Source: an uncultured Bacilli bacterium
Lineage (GTDB): Bacteria; Bacillota_I; Bacilli_A; ML615J-28; CAG-698
DNA: 41,818 nt
NCBI GenBank assembly: GCA_947624315.1
Contig: CANQJU010000001.1
Span: forward strand, 1 to 41,818
Direction: 5' to 3'
Position 1 is the first letter of the stretch, and every line of letters begins with the position of its first letter. The notes under the pieces are model-generated. The model was not told the origin of the DNA, searched no databases, and saw only the letters and a list, made by a program, of their open reading frames with translations. Below are positions 1 through 9,413 of the stretch, piece by piece. Both the position numbers and the translations under genes were made by a program.

Positions 1-790
1 CCGGATTCATAATACAACGTGGATCATAATATCTAATTAAAAAGCCTTCACCTAATGCTCCAATGGCTCCATTTGATCCCTTTGGTAAAAAATCACCAAC
101 AGGAGAAACATCAACTGTAATAAATAAATCAGGCTTAATCATTTGACTAGATGTTTGTCCACCACGTAAACCAACTTCTTCTTGAACTGTTCCTCCACAA
201 TACAATGTATTAGGATGATGCATATTTTTAGCTTCTTTTAAAACTTCTAGGGCTACTCCACATCCTAAGCGATCATCCCAAGCTTTTGAAACTATTTTTT
301 TACCATCTGCCATAATATAATAATTATTGACAGGTGTGATTTGTTGACCAATTTTAACCCCAAGTTTTTCAACCTCTTCCTTACTACTTGCTCCAATATC
401 AAGTAGTAAATCATCAAAACTTACGGAACTATCTTTACTAATGTGAGGAGGTGTAGCTCCTATAACACCTTTAACTAATTCTCCACTAGCAACAGTTATT
501 TGCATATTTTGACTTAAAAATACTTCTGGTTTAACTCCACCAATAGGAATCATACGAATAAAACCATTGTCAGTAATACCCGTAACCATTGCTCCAACTT
601 CATCCATGTGCCCACAAACCATAACAACGGGTTCATCACTTTTTCCTCTTAAGACACCAAAAACACTTCCCAAGCGATCGCAAACAACTTCATCAGTATG
701 TTTTTTTATCTCTTCAGTCATAAATTGGCGAACAGCTTTTTCATGACCAGATACACCATTTAAGTTAACAAGCTTCTCATATAGAGCCAT
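1..790 (-). CDS. M42 family aminopeptidase (YsdC/PepA/FrvX-like); the C-terminus runs off the window
   Basis: Absent from the ORF track because it is truncated by the window edge. My reverse translation from the ATG at 790-788 gives MALYEKLVNLNGVSGHEKAVRQF...VMVCGHMDEVG...AWDDRLGCG, typical of M42 peptidases. A weak SD (GAGAAAGA) lies upstream. Confidence 0.8.
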   Translation of the reverse strand, partial: MALYEKLVNLNGVSGHEKAVRQFMTEEIKKHTDEVVCDRLGSVFGVLRGKSDEPVVMVCGHMDEVGAMVTGITDNGFIRMIPIGGVKPEVFLSQNMQITVASGELVKGVIGATPPHISKDSSVSFDDLLLDIGASSKEEVEKLGVKIGQQITPVNNYYIMADGKKIVSKAWDDRLGCGVALEVLKEAKNMHHPNTLYCGGTVQEEVGLRGGQTSSQMIKPDLFITVDVSPVGDFLPKGSNGAIGALGEGFLIRYYDPRCIMNP

Positions 791-804
791 TCTTTCTCTA
801 GTAT

Positions 805-1437
805 TCATCCTTTTTTCCTCACTTTCATATAGTAAATTATTTGACCTTGCTTAACGAATTTTTCCTCATATTCAGTCATTATAATATCATCTTTATCACT
901 ATGTAAATCCAAACTTATTTCTTCAAATTGCCATTTTGCTTCATTAAACTTCATTATACTATACTCAAACAAATGGCGATTATCGGTTTTCATTTCGATA
1001 ACTCCATCATCTCTTAAAATATTTTCATAAATTTTTAAGAAGTTTTCCGAAGTTAATCTTCTTTTAGCATGACGTGTTTTGGGCCATGGATCGCTAAAAT
1101 TCAAGAAAATTTTATCAATTTCTTTTTGCGAAAATACTTCTTCTAAAACTAAAGCATCACAATTTATCATTAAAAGATTATCTAAATTATCAACTTTAGA
1201 AGCAGCTTTATAGATAACACTATCGCTTAATTCGCATCCAATATAATTTATATTAGGGTTTTTTATCGCATTAGCAATAATAAAATTACCTTTACCCATA
1301 CCTATTTCTAAATAAATCGGATGATTATTTTTAAACTCTTCATGCCATTTTCCTTTTTTATCTTTAAAATCAAAAACAATTAATCCCTCATATTTTTTGA
1401 TTTTTTCATCAATATTTTTAATTCTTCTCAGTCTCAT
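805..1437 (-). CDS. trmB: tRNA (guanine46-N7)-methyltransferase
   Basis: 210 aa with an EIGMGKGNF SAM-binding loop and the FSDPWPKTRHAKRR motif typical of TrmB. There is a 1-nt gap after the pepV stop. It ends in TGA. Confidence 0.9.
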   Translation of the reverse strand: MRLRRIKNIDEKIKKYEGLIVFDFKDKKGKWHEEFKNNHPIYLEIGMGKGNFIIANAIKNPNINYIGCELSDSVIYKAASKVDNLDNLLMINCDALVLEEVFSQKEIDKIFLNFSDPWPKTRHAKRRLTSENFLKIYENILRDDGVIEMKTDNRHLFEYSIMKFNEAKWQFEEISLDLHSDKDDIIMTEYEEKFVKQGQIIYYMKVRKKG

Positions 1438-1438
1438 T

Positions 1439-2779
1439 TTATTTTACCAAATTATACAAAGCTTCACTAATTATAGCACAAGCTACTAACATTTTATCAA
1501 GACTAATGCACTCATTTTCTTGATGAGCTAACTCCTCTTCATCAGGGAAAAGAGTTCCAAAGGCTACACCTTTTTTCAAAGCACGAGCATATGTTCCTCC
1601 TCCAATTGTCTTTAATGGAGTTTTAGAATCATTAGTATATTTAATATATGCTTGATGTAAAAGGGCAATATCACTATCTTCTTTATTAATATAATGAGGT
1701 TTTTTATCTTCCTTTAAATCAAGTTTCAAATTATATTCACTTAATAACTTATTCCAAGTTTTAAAGAAATTATCTTTATCAAAGTTAATTGGATAACGGA
1801 AATTTAAACCTAGCTTTGAAGATTTATTATCAATATTAATAATTGCCACATTGCAAGTTAAATCTCCCATTTCTTTATCAGTAAAATTCAATTTCATATC
1901 TTCAAGTCTTGATGATTTTAAATATTTATTAACAAATTGAATCAATTCATTATTGGAAATTTGGCTTAAAAAATCACAAGCTTTAATAATTGCATTACTA
2001 CCATTGCGTGGTTCCATAGCATGAGCGCTTTTACCTAAGAACTCATAAACCCCTTTTTCTCTTTTACATGAATTATTATAAGAAACATATTTATTAAACT
2101 CATCGGTTAAATCATCACTATATTCCATTTTAACATTATCGCAAACAACATTGTATCTACTTCCACCTTTTAAAGAAATCAACTTTTTATCTTTATTATC
2201 ACCTAAAATATCAAAAGTCATAATTCCTTTTTCTCCATATATAATAGGAAAATCAGCATCAGGAGAAAAACCAAAATCAGGCATTTCACAAGTTTCAAAA
2301 TAGCGATTTATTCCTCGCCATGATGTTTCTTCATCAGTTCCTAAAATTAAACGAATTCTTTTATTCGGTTTTATTCCTAAATCTTTTAAAAGTCTTAATG
2401 CATAAAGGGAAGCAATTGCAGGGCCTTTATCATCACTAGTTCCACGCCCATACATTTTACCATCTTCAATATGTCCAGAAAAAGGAGGATAAGTCCAAGT
2501 CCCATCAGCGGGAACAACATCAACATGGCATAAAACTCCAATAATCTCTTCACCTTCACCATATTCAATATGGCCAGCTACATGATCAACATCTTTTACT
2601 GAAAAACCATATTTGCGACCTAAATCTAAAATATAATCTAAACTATCTCTAATACCTTGTCCAAAAGGAGCTTCTTTATCATCGGGATGTTCTTCTAATA
2701 CACTTGGTATTTGAATAAACTTCTGCAAATCACAAATAAACTCTTTTTCATATTTTTTTATATCTTTTAAAAAGTCCAT
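1439..2779 (-). CDS. pepV: M20 family dipeptidase (PepV/Sapep-like)
   Basis: 446 aa with HVDVVPA and GRGTSDDKGP metal-ligand motifs, and the length and architecture of PepV. Confidence 0.85.
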   Translation of the reverse strand: MDFLKDIKKYEKEFICDLQKFIQIPSVLEEHPDDKEAPFGQGIRDSLDYILDLGRKYGFSVKDVDHVAGHIEYGEGEEIIGVLCHVDVVPADGTWTYPPFSGHIEDGKMYGRGTSDDKGPAIASLYALRLLKDLGIKPNKRIRLILGTDEETSWRGINRYFETCEMPDFGFSPDADFPIIYGEKGIMTFDILGDNKDKKLISLKGGSRYNVVCDNVKMEYSDDLTDEFNKYVSYNNSCKREKGVYEFLGKSAHAMEPRNGSNAIIKACDFLSQISNNELIQFVNKYLKSSRLEDMKLNFTDKEMGDLTCNVAIINIDNKSSKLGLNFRYPINFDKDNFFKTWNKLLSEYNLKLDLKEDKKPHYINKEDSDIALLHQAYIKYTNDSKTPLKTIGGGTYARALKKGVAFGTLFPDEEELAHQENECISLDKMLVACAIISEALYNLVK

Positions 2780-2824
2780 ATTTATTCTCCTTATTTAGTA
2801 CTTTTAACAATAAAATATTAATTT

Positions 2825-2853
2825 ATTATATCACTTTTTATACTACATTACAA
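2825..2853 (-). promoter_or_regulatory. sigma-A-type promoter for pepV-trmB-peptidase
   Basis: On the minus strand, TTGTAA, a 17-nt spacer, then TATAAT, about 45 nt upstream of the pepV ATG. Confidence 0.45.
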
Positions 2854-2865
2854 TTATTATGTCTT

Positions 2866-3933
2866 TTAATTATTGGGATTATTAACAACTCCAATAAATA
2901 GGGGAATTTCATTTTTATCCTTAATAATATAAATAAAAGGATGATTCAAAATAAACTCTTTTTCAACAATCGGTAAGCACATTCTCATAATGCTAGTGGA
3001 AGTAACGCTAGCAGCGGTAATTCCTTTTTCATTAAATTCTATCCCCACATTTTGTTTAAACTCATTAACATATAAATTCTTTCCCAATTTATTTAAACTA
3101 TCATCACAAGAAAAAATCTTATTAACCTGGCATTCCTTTAAGGCATCTTTTAAATCATATTCCTTATTATATTTAAATTGCGGAACACTCAAAGATATTT
3201 AACCTTGTTTTAAGTCTTTAGTTATTTCATCAATTGAAACATTAATTTCTTTTTTAGGCATTATATAAGTAATAGTATTATCATTTTCTAAATTATCGCA
3301 TACAACTAGATAATCCTCTGTTTCTTTATATAATGAAAAAATATTATGTTCCATAAAGTCACATGTAACTTGACCATTAATTAAATAGAATTTATCTTTT
3401 AATGTATGGGTAAATGGCTTTGCCCAATTTTCTTTATAATATAAAGTACTCAATATTAAAATACAAGTTTTTCTATCAATCTTAAAATTATCTTTAGATA
3501 GTTTTAATAATCCCTTAGTATAATTATTTATCCATAATATTATTTTTTCTTTATCAAGATACAATGATTTTACTTTAAATAGCTCTAACATATACTCTTT
3601 AGTCCTTCTTATAAAATCATCATAAATACAAATATCACTATTCACAAATAATCCATTATGTAACTCTACTTCTCCCGATTCATTTTTATAATTGCATAGC
3701 CTTAAAGCACTAATTAAACTTTCTCTTATTTTACTATAGTCAATATCTAAAAAGGAAACTAACTCTTTATATACATCACTACTTGCCCCTTCAAGCAATA
3801 AACCTAAAGTCATATAAAAACTAATTGGAGAAAACAAATGATTGTCTTTCTTATCAAAGAGATGTTTTATCATTTTAGATGTTATTAAATTAATGCTTTG
3901 AAGAAAGTCATTGTTAACAATATATTTATCCAT
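2866..3933 (-). pseudogene. serpin (serine protease inhibitor family), no signal peptide, interrupted by one in-frame TAA at 3199-3201
   Basis: ORF 3199..3933 carries the serpin N-terminal signature (NHLFSPISFYMTLGLLLEG). ORF 2866..3192 carries the hinge, reactive-centre loop and C-terminus (NEKGITAASVTSTSIMRMCLP...NHPFIYIIKD...PLFIGVVNNP). Both are in the same frame, separated only by TAA-ATA-TCT before the TTG used by the ORF track. Confidence 0.75.
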
Positions 3934-3936
3934 AAT

Positions 3937-4359
3937 CTATCCTCTAACTATTCCATTTTTAACAATAATTTTATTAATTTTTTTAACATATTTACGATAA
4001 TTATTTCCCAAAGCAAAAGTGAAATTGTCATTCATATATGCTCTTTTAAATTTACGATTAATTAAATAGAAAACAGCAACAATTGAAGTATTATCAAAAT
4101 AAACCAATTCTCTTTCTAAAAAAACATCATTACATTCACCAACAATTATAATTGTTTTCCATTTAGTGAAAGAGTTATTGCTAGTTTCTTCACTAATACG
4201 ATTTAATATAAGCGGTATATTATTTTTACTAATCACTTCATCAATAAATAACAAATACTTTTTCTTATCTAGTTCATAATAACTAGTATTATCTATTCTT
4301 TTTACTAAAGGATATTTATTAATTAATAGTTCTTTTATATCTTCCATATAGTTCTCCAA
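3937..4359 (-). CDS. hypothetical cytoplasmic protein, 140 aa, no motif I recognise
   Basis: Intact ORF with an SD (TTGGAGAAC) upstream. Its stop lies 3 nt before the serpin ATG. It has no His residues, one Cys, and no signal peptide or TM segment. Confidence 0.55.
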   Translation of the reverse strand: MENYMEDIKELLINKYPLVKRIDNTSYYELDKKKYLLFIDEVISKNNIPLILNRISEETSNNSFTKWKTIIIVGECNDVFLERELVYFDNTSIVAVFYLINRKFKRAYMNDNFTFALGNNYRKYVKKINKIIVKNGIVRG

Positions 4360-4381
4360 TATTTCTGTTTATTATATTCCT

Positions 4382-4410
4382 ATTATAACATTTTTATAAA
4401 AGCTAGTGCA
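4382..4410 (-). promoter_or_regulatory. extended -10 promoter for the 140-aa ORF and serpin cassette
   Basis: On the minus strand, TGTTATAAT (extended -10) with a weak -35. It lies directly downstream of the hydrolase terminator. Confidence 0.35.
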
Positions 4411-4415
4411 ATTCT

Positions 4416-4447
4416 TTTTAAAAAACTCTCTAAAAATAGAGAGTTTA
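4416..4447 (-). terminator. intrinsic terminator after the ileS-hydrolase operon
   Basis: On the minus strand, AAACTCTCTA-loop-TAGAGAGTTT followed by a T-run, immediately after the hydrolase stop. Confidence 0.65.
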
Positions 4448-4450
4448 AAA

Positions 4451-5377
4451 TCATTTATTATTTAATAATTTATCATTAAATTCGAAAAATTCTTGACGAT
4501 AGCGTTCGTTATCAACAAAATAACTCCATCCATGATCAGCATTAGGAAAAGTAATCAATTTTATGTCACTAGGGTTTGCTTCATATATTGCTTTACTCAT
4601 ATAACAAGGAACAAATCCATCCGCTTCGCCATGTATTAATAATATAGGTACATGAGCGTTTTTAACAGTTTCTACTGCTCCCTTATCATTTAAATCAAAA
4701 TGACCAAAAAGTGCTACTCCTATTTTAAGGAAAAAGTATAGACATTTTGGAATATGATTAGCTTTAAAGACAGCATAAATAATTTCTTTAGGTGAAGAAT
4801 ATGGGCAATCAGCACTGATACCTATAACGTTTTGGGGTAAATTTAATCCCAAAGCCATTAGAACAATAGCAGCTCCCATAGAAATTCCTCTTAAAATTAT
4901 TTTGGTATCTTCTCCAAAGCGATCAATAACGTAGTTAACCCAAGAAAGGCAATCATACTTTTCTTTAACTCCTAAAGTAATGGTATGGCCTTCACTTCTT
5001 CCACTAGCTCTTTCATCAATCAATAATAAGTTCTGTTCACTTTCTAGTACCAGTAAACTTCCCCCACAAAAATCACGGGTTGCAAAGCCCCGATAGCCAT
5101 GAAAGCAAATATTTACTGGAGCATTATCTTTAACATGATAATATCTACCAAAAAGTTTCAAACCATCATATGATTTAATGTATACTTCTTCATATGGAAT
5201 TGCTTCTACTTTTTTTATTAAGTTTGTTACTTCATCTGAAGTAGTAATATATTTTGTTGACATTTTATGACTTGGTTTAAATTGACCATAAAAAGCCAAA
5301 TAATAAAACAGAAAAGAAATAAGCAAAATAAGTAAAAGTAATCCAATAACTATAGAACAAATTATTATATATACCAT
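4451..5377 (-). CDS. membrane-anchored alpha/beta hydrolase
   Basis: 308 aa with an N-terminal TM helix, the GISMGAA nucleophile elbow (GxSxG), and a late HGEADGFVP / ADHG acid and His region. The start is 1 nt after the ileS stop. Confidence 0.75.
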   Translation of the reverse strand: MVYIIICSIVIGLLLLILLISFLFYYLAFYGQFKPSHKMSTKYITTSDEVTNLIKKVEAIPYEEVYIKSYDGLKLFGRYYHVKDNAPVNICFHGYRGFATRDFCGGSLLVLESEQNLLLIDERASGRSEGHTITLGVKEKYDCLSWVNYVIDRFGEDTKIILRGISMGAAIVLMALGLNLPQNVIGISADCPYSSPKEIIYAVFKANHIPKCLYFFLKIGVALFGHFDLNDKGAVETVKNAHVPILLIHGEADGFVPCYMSKAIYEANPSDIKLITFPNADHGWSYFVDNERYRQEFFEFNDKLLNNK

Positions 5378-5378
5378 A

Positions 5379-8300
5379 TTATTTCTTCTTAACGCTTAAG
5401 GTTACCTTTTCACCATTCAAATCCCATTCTTTAGTAAAACCATCTAATGGTTGATATAAAACTTCATCAGCTAATAAATCAGATTGAATTTCTTGAATAT
5501 TTTTTTGAACAATTTCTTGAATTTTATTATTGTTAACAACAGATAACAAAATATGATCAACTACTTCAAAACCTGCATCTTTACGCATTGTTTGAACTTT
5601 ACTGATTAATTCTCTAACCATACCTTCTTCAAGCAACTCTTCATTAAGATTGATATCTAAAACAATTGTAATGTCTTTATCAGATGCAGTTTCAAATCCT
5701 TCTTTTTGTTTAACTTCGATTAATAAATCTTCGCTTGTTAAAAGGACTTCTTCGCCTCCAACAACCAATTTATAGCAATCATTTTTATTTAATTCGTTAA
5801 CAATTTCATTGCCATCAGTTTTTAATAAAGCTCCTTGAACTTGTCCAATTAATTTACCAAGTTTAGGTCCTAATACTTTAAAGTTAGGTTTAACGATATA
5901 TGATGTGAATTCAGAAACATCATTTGTAAAGACAACTTCTTTAACGTTTAATTCATTTTCAATTATTTCTTTAAAGTATGTTGGTAAGTTCTTAGCTTTA
6001 ACATAAATCTTACTCAAAGGTTGACGATTTTTAATATTACTACTATTACGAGCATTACGTCCTAATGTAACAACATCTAGAGCTTCATCCATATGAGCTT
6101 CTAATTTTTTGTCGATTAACTTTTCATCATATTCAGGGAATGAACATAAATGAATACTTTCTGGAGCATCTTTATCAATGCTACGAACAAGATTTTGATA
6201 TATTTCTTCACTAATAAATGGAAGCATTGGGGCAATAGTTTTAGCAAGAGTAACTAATGTTGTGTATAAAGTCATATAAGCATTAATCTTATCTTGAGGC
6301 ATACCACCAACCCAATATCTTTCACGAGAGCAACGAACATACCAATTGCTCAACTCATCAATAAAATCTTGAATTACTCGAGAAGTTTCTGTTATCTTAT
6401 AATCATTAAGATTTTCATCAACAGTCTTAACCAATGTGTTAAGTTTAGAGATTAACCACTTATCCATTATTGATAATTTGTCATATTCTAATTTATATTT
6501 TGTGGCATCAAAATTATCAATATTTGCATATAAAACAAAGAAAGCATAAGTATTCCATAGAGTTCCCATTACTTTTCTTTGTCCTTCTGTAACAGCTAAA
6601 CTATGGAAACGATTAGGTAACCATGGAGCACTATTAGAATAAAAATACCATCTAATAGCATCAGCACCATATGTTTCTAAAGCTTCAAATGGGTCTACCG
6701 CATTTCCTTTTGATTTACTCATCTTTTGTCCATTTTCGTCTTGTACATGTCCTAAGACAATAACGTTCTTATATGGAGCTTTATTAAAGATTAATGTTGA
6801 AACGGCAAGTAAAGCGTAGAACCATCCACGAGTTTGGTCAACAGCTTCACTAATGAAATCAGCTGGGAATGTAGCTTCAAATTTATCCTTATTTTCAAAT
6901 GGATAATGCCATTGAGCAAAAGGCATTGAACCAGAATCATACCAACAGTCAATAACTTCTTTAACTCTCTTCATTTCTTTTCCACATTTTGGACAAGTAA
7001 TTGTTACTTGATCAATATATGGGCGATGAAGTTCAATATTATCAGGACAATTTTTACTCATTGATTTCAATTCTTCAATTGAACCTATAGAGTGACGATG
7101 TCCGCATTCACACTCCCAAATATTAAGAGGAGTTCCCCAATAACGGTCACGACTAATACCCCAGTCTTGAACGTTATTTAACCAATCGCCAAAGCGACCT
7201 TTTCCGATACTTTCAGGAATCCAATTAATAGTATTATTATTTCTAATCAAATCATCTTTAACTGCTGTCATATTAATAAACCAAGCTTCACGAGCATAGT
7301 AAATTAATGGTGTATCGCATCGCCAGCAGAATGGATATGAATGTTCAAATGGAAGTATTTTAAATAAAAGATTCTTTTCTTTTAAAGCCACAAATACTTC
7401 TTTATCGCAATCTTTACAGAACATTCCTTTCCATGGAGTTTCTTCAGTCATTTCTCCTTTGCTATTAACAAGTTGTAAAAATGGCAAATCATATTTACGA
7501 CCAACAATAGCATCATCAGCACCAAAGGCTGGAGCAATGTGAACTATACCAGTTCCATCAGTTAATGTAACATAATCAGCACATGTTACATAGTATCCTT
7601 TTTTATCAAGCTTTTTGAAAGCAAATAAAGGTTCATATTCTTTATATTCTAATTCTTTTCCGGTAAAGCTTTCTAAAACTTCATATTCTTGATCTTTTAA
7701 TATGCTTTCTAATAAAGCTTCCGCTAAAATATAATTTTCATTTTCACATTTAACTCTTACATATTTCTCTACAGGATTAACACAAAGAGCAACATTTGAT
7801 GGTAAAGTCCAAGGAGTTGTTGTCCATGCTAAAAAATAAGTATTATCAAAATCCTTAGCCTTAAACTTAGCAATGACAGACTTTTCTTTAACATCTTTAT
7901 ATCCTTGAGCAACTTCATGACTAGATAATGGTGTACCACATCTAGGACAATAGGGAACAATCTTAAAGCCCTTATACAACAAACCTTTTTCATAGATTTG
8001 TTTTAAGCTCCACCAAACAGATTCAATATAAGTATTTTCATAAGTAACATATGGATTTTTCATATCTGCCCAAAAGCCAACAGTTTCACTAAAGTCTTCC
8101 CACATGCCCTTATATTTCCATACACTTTCTTTACATTCTTTGATAAATGGTTCTAGGCCATACTCCTCTATTTGTTCTTTACCATCAAGTCCAAGTTTCT
8201 TTTCAACTTCAATCTCAACTGGTAATCCATGAGTATCCCATCCAGCCTTTCGCAATACATTATATCCTTTCATTGTTCGGTATCGCGGAATCATATCCTT

Positions 8301-8492
8301 AATAACTCGAGTCAAGACATGTCCAATATGAGGTTTGCCATTAGCTGTTGGTGGACCATCATAAAAAGTATAACTTCTTTTGTTTTTGCCTAACTCAACA
8401 CTTTTTTCAAAAATGCGATTATCCTTCCAAAACTTTTGGATCTCTTTTTCCCTTTCAACAAACTTTAAATCACTTTCAACTTTCTTGTACAT
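5379..8492 (-). CDS. ileS: isoleucine--tRNA ligase (long, about 1037 aa, type-2-like form)
   Basis: HIGH motif (PHIGHV), KMSKS motif (KMSKSKGN), a CP1 editing domain, and Zn-type CPRCG/CPKCG motifs. Confidence 0.97.
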   Translation of the reverse strand: MYKKVESDLKFVEREKEIQKFWKDNRIFEKSVELGKNKRSYTFYDGPPTANGKPHIGHVLTRVIKDMIPRYRTMKGYNVLRKAGWDTHGLPVEIEVEKKLGLDGKEQIEEYGLEPFIKECKESVWKYKGMWEDFSETVGFWADMKNPYVTYENTYIESVWWSLKQIYEKGLLYKGFKIVPYCPRCGTPLSSHEVAQGYKDVKEKSVIAKFKAKDFDNTYFLAWTTTPWTLPSNVALCVNPVEKYVRVKCENENYILAEALLESILKDQEYEVLESFTGKELEYKEYEPLFAFKKLDKKGYYVTCADYVTLTDGTGIVHIAPAFGADDAIVGRKYDLPFLQLVNSKGEMTEETPWKGMFCKDCDKEVFVALKEKNLLFKILPFEHSYPFCWRCDTPLIYYAREAWFINMTAVKDDLIRNNNTINWIPESIGKGRFGDWLNNVQDWGISRDRYWGTPLNIWECECGHRHSIGSIEELKSMSKNCPDNIELHRPYIDQVTITCPKCGKEMKRVKEVIDCWYDSGSMPFAQWHYPFENKDKFEATFPADFISEAVDQTRGWFYALLAVSTLIFNKAPYKNVIVLGHVQDENGQKMSKSKGNAVDPFEALETYGADAIRWYFYSNSAPWLPNRFHSLAVTEGQRKVMGTLWNTYAFFVLYANIDNFDATKYKLEYDKLSIMDKWLISKLNTLVKTVDENLNDYKITETSRVIQDFIDELSNWYVRCSRERYWVGGMPQDKINAYMTLYTTLVTLAKTIAPMLPFISEEIYQNLVRSIDKDAPESIHLCSFPEYDEKLIDKKLEAHMDEALDVVTLGRNARNSSNIKNRQPLSKIYVKAKNLPTYFKEIIENELNVKEVVFTNDVSEFTSYIVKPNFKVLGPKLGKLIGQVQGALLKTDGNEIVNELNKNDCYKLVVGGEEVLLTSEDLLIEVKQKEGFETASDKDITIVLDINLNEELLEEGMVRELISKVQTMRKDAGFEVVDHILLSVVNNNKIQEIVQKNIQEIQSDLLADEVLYQPLDGFTKEWDLNGEKVTLSVKKK

Positions 8493-8747
8493 GTTTTTCC
8501 TCCTAGTTTATAAAATAAAAATCTTTGCCCTGCTAAAAGGACAAAGATAACTTTGCTAACCACCTATTAAACATACATTTATATGTCCTTCTTATAACGG
8601 TGAAGCCTCCGTCATAACTTACTACTATTTCAGTTATGCTACTCCAAAGTGATTTTCTATTATTATTACTAAATATTAGGCTTTCACCATCCCTAATTCG
8701 CTTTGTTTTTTCACAATAATATACTCTCTTTATCAACGTATTTACCA
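8493..8747 (-). promoter_or_regulatory. T-box riboswitch leader (Ile, putative AUC specifier) controlling ileS
   Basis: The minus strand shows an AGAGAG box and a specifier-loop-like GAAA-AUC-A (AUC = 8651-8653). It also shows a T-box core AAUAGGUGGUUAGCAAAG, whose UGGU can pair with the tRNA ACCA end. The terminator ATCTTTGTCC/GGGCAAAGAT plus T-run shares CTTTG with the antiterminator. Confidence 0.8.
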
Positions 8748-8753
8748 ATAGTT

Positions 8754-8781
8754 ATTATACACTTTATTTTTTAAAAGTCAA
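8754..8781 (-). promoter_or_regulatory. sigma-A promoter of the ileS T-box leader
   Basis: On the minus strand, TTGACT (8781-8776), a 16-nt spacer, then TGTATAAT (extended -10, TATAAT = 8759-8754). Confidence 0.65.
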
Positions 8782-8789
8782 GACAGCTT

Positions 8790-9413
8790 TTACTCATCAT
8801 GAGCATTTTTTTCATTTAATGAAAATTCACACCCACAATACTCTTGTCGATATATATCATATTTCTTAGATAGTTCAATGGAATGTTTATATCCCTCACC
8901 TTTTTTAAAATTCGAATATAAAAACTGACACTTTTCATCTTGATTATTAACTCCTATTTCATTAATCCAATCACTATTTTTATATGGACTAATCGAAAGG
9001 GTTGTTGAAAAAAAGTCAAAATTATGCTCTTTAGCATATTCATAAGTTTTTTTAAGACGAAATTCATAACACTTATAACAGCGAATACTTCTTTCTCCTA
9101 AATTCTCTAAACCCTTAACATTTTCTAAATAAACGCTATAATCATCATCTATACTTTCAACTTTAATATTTAGATTCATTCTTTCGATTATTTTCTTTTG
9201 CTCATTTAACCTTTTAATAAATTCTTCATGAGGAAAAATATTAGGATTATAATAAAAAATGGTAATATCAAAATACTCATCTAATAAACACATAACATGG
9301 CTACTACAAGGTCCACAACAACTATGTAAAAGCAAAGTGGGTTTATGTTCATTATTTTTAACCTCATTTAAATATTTCAAAAATTCACTATAATTATTTA
9401 TTGTTTTCATCAA
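8790..9413 (-). CDS. queH: epoxyqueuosine reductase QueH (DUF208 family)
   Basis: 207 aa with LLHSCCGPCSS near the N-terminus and YRQEYCGCEFS near the C-terminus, the Cys pattern of QueH. Confidence 0.85.
   Translation of the reverse strand: MMKTINNYSEFLKYLNEVKNNEHKPTLLLHSCCGPCSSHVMCLLDEYFDITIFYYNPNIFPHEEFIKRLNEQKKIIERMNLNIKVESIDDDYSVYLENVKGLENLGERSIRCYKCYEFRLKKTYEYAKEHNFDFFSTTLSISPYKNSDWINEIGVNNQDEKCQFLYSNFKKGEGYKHSIELSKKYDIYRQEYCGCEFSLNEKNAHDE

Noticed and set aside
8533-8748. 71-aa minus-strand ORF upstream of ileS
   Set aside because: It lies entirely inside the T-box leader (specifier region, T-box core and terminator). It has no RBS and its composition is not protein-like, so it is an artefact of the leader sequence.
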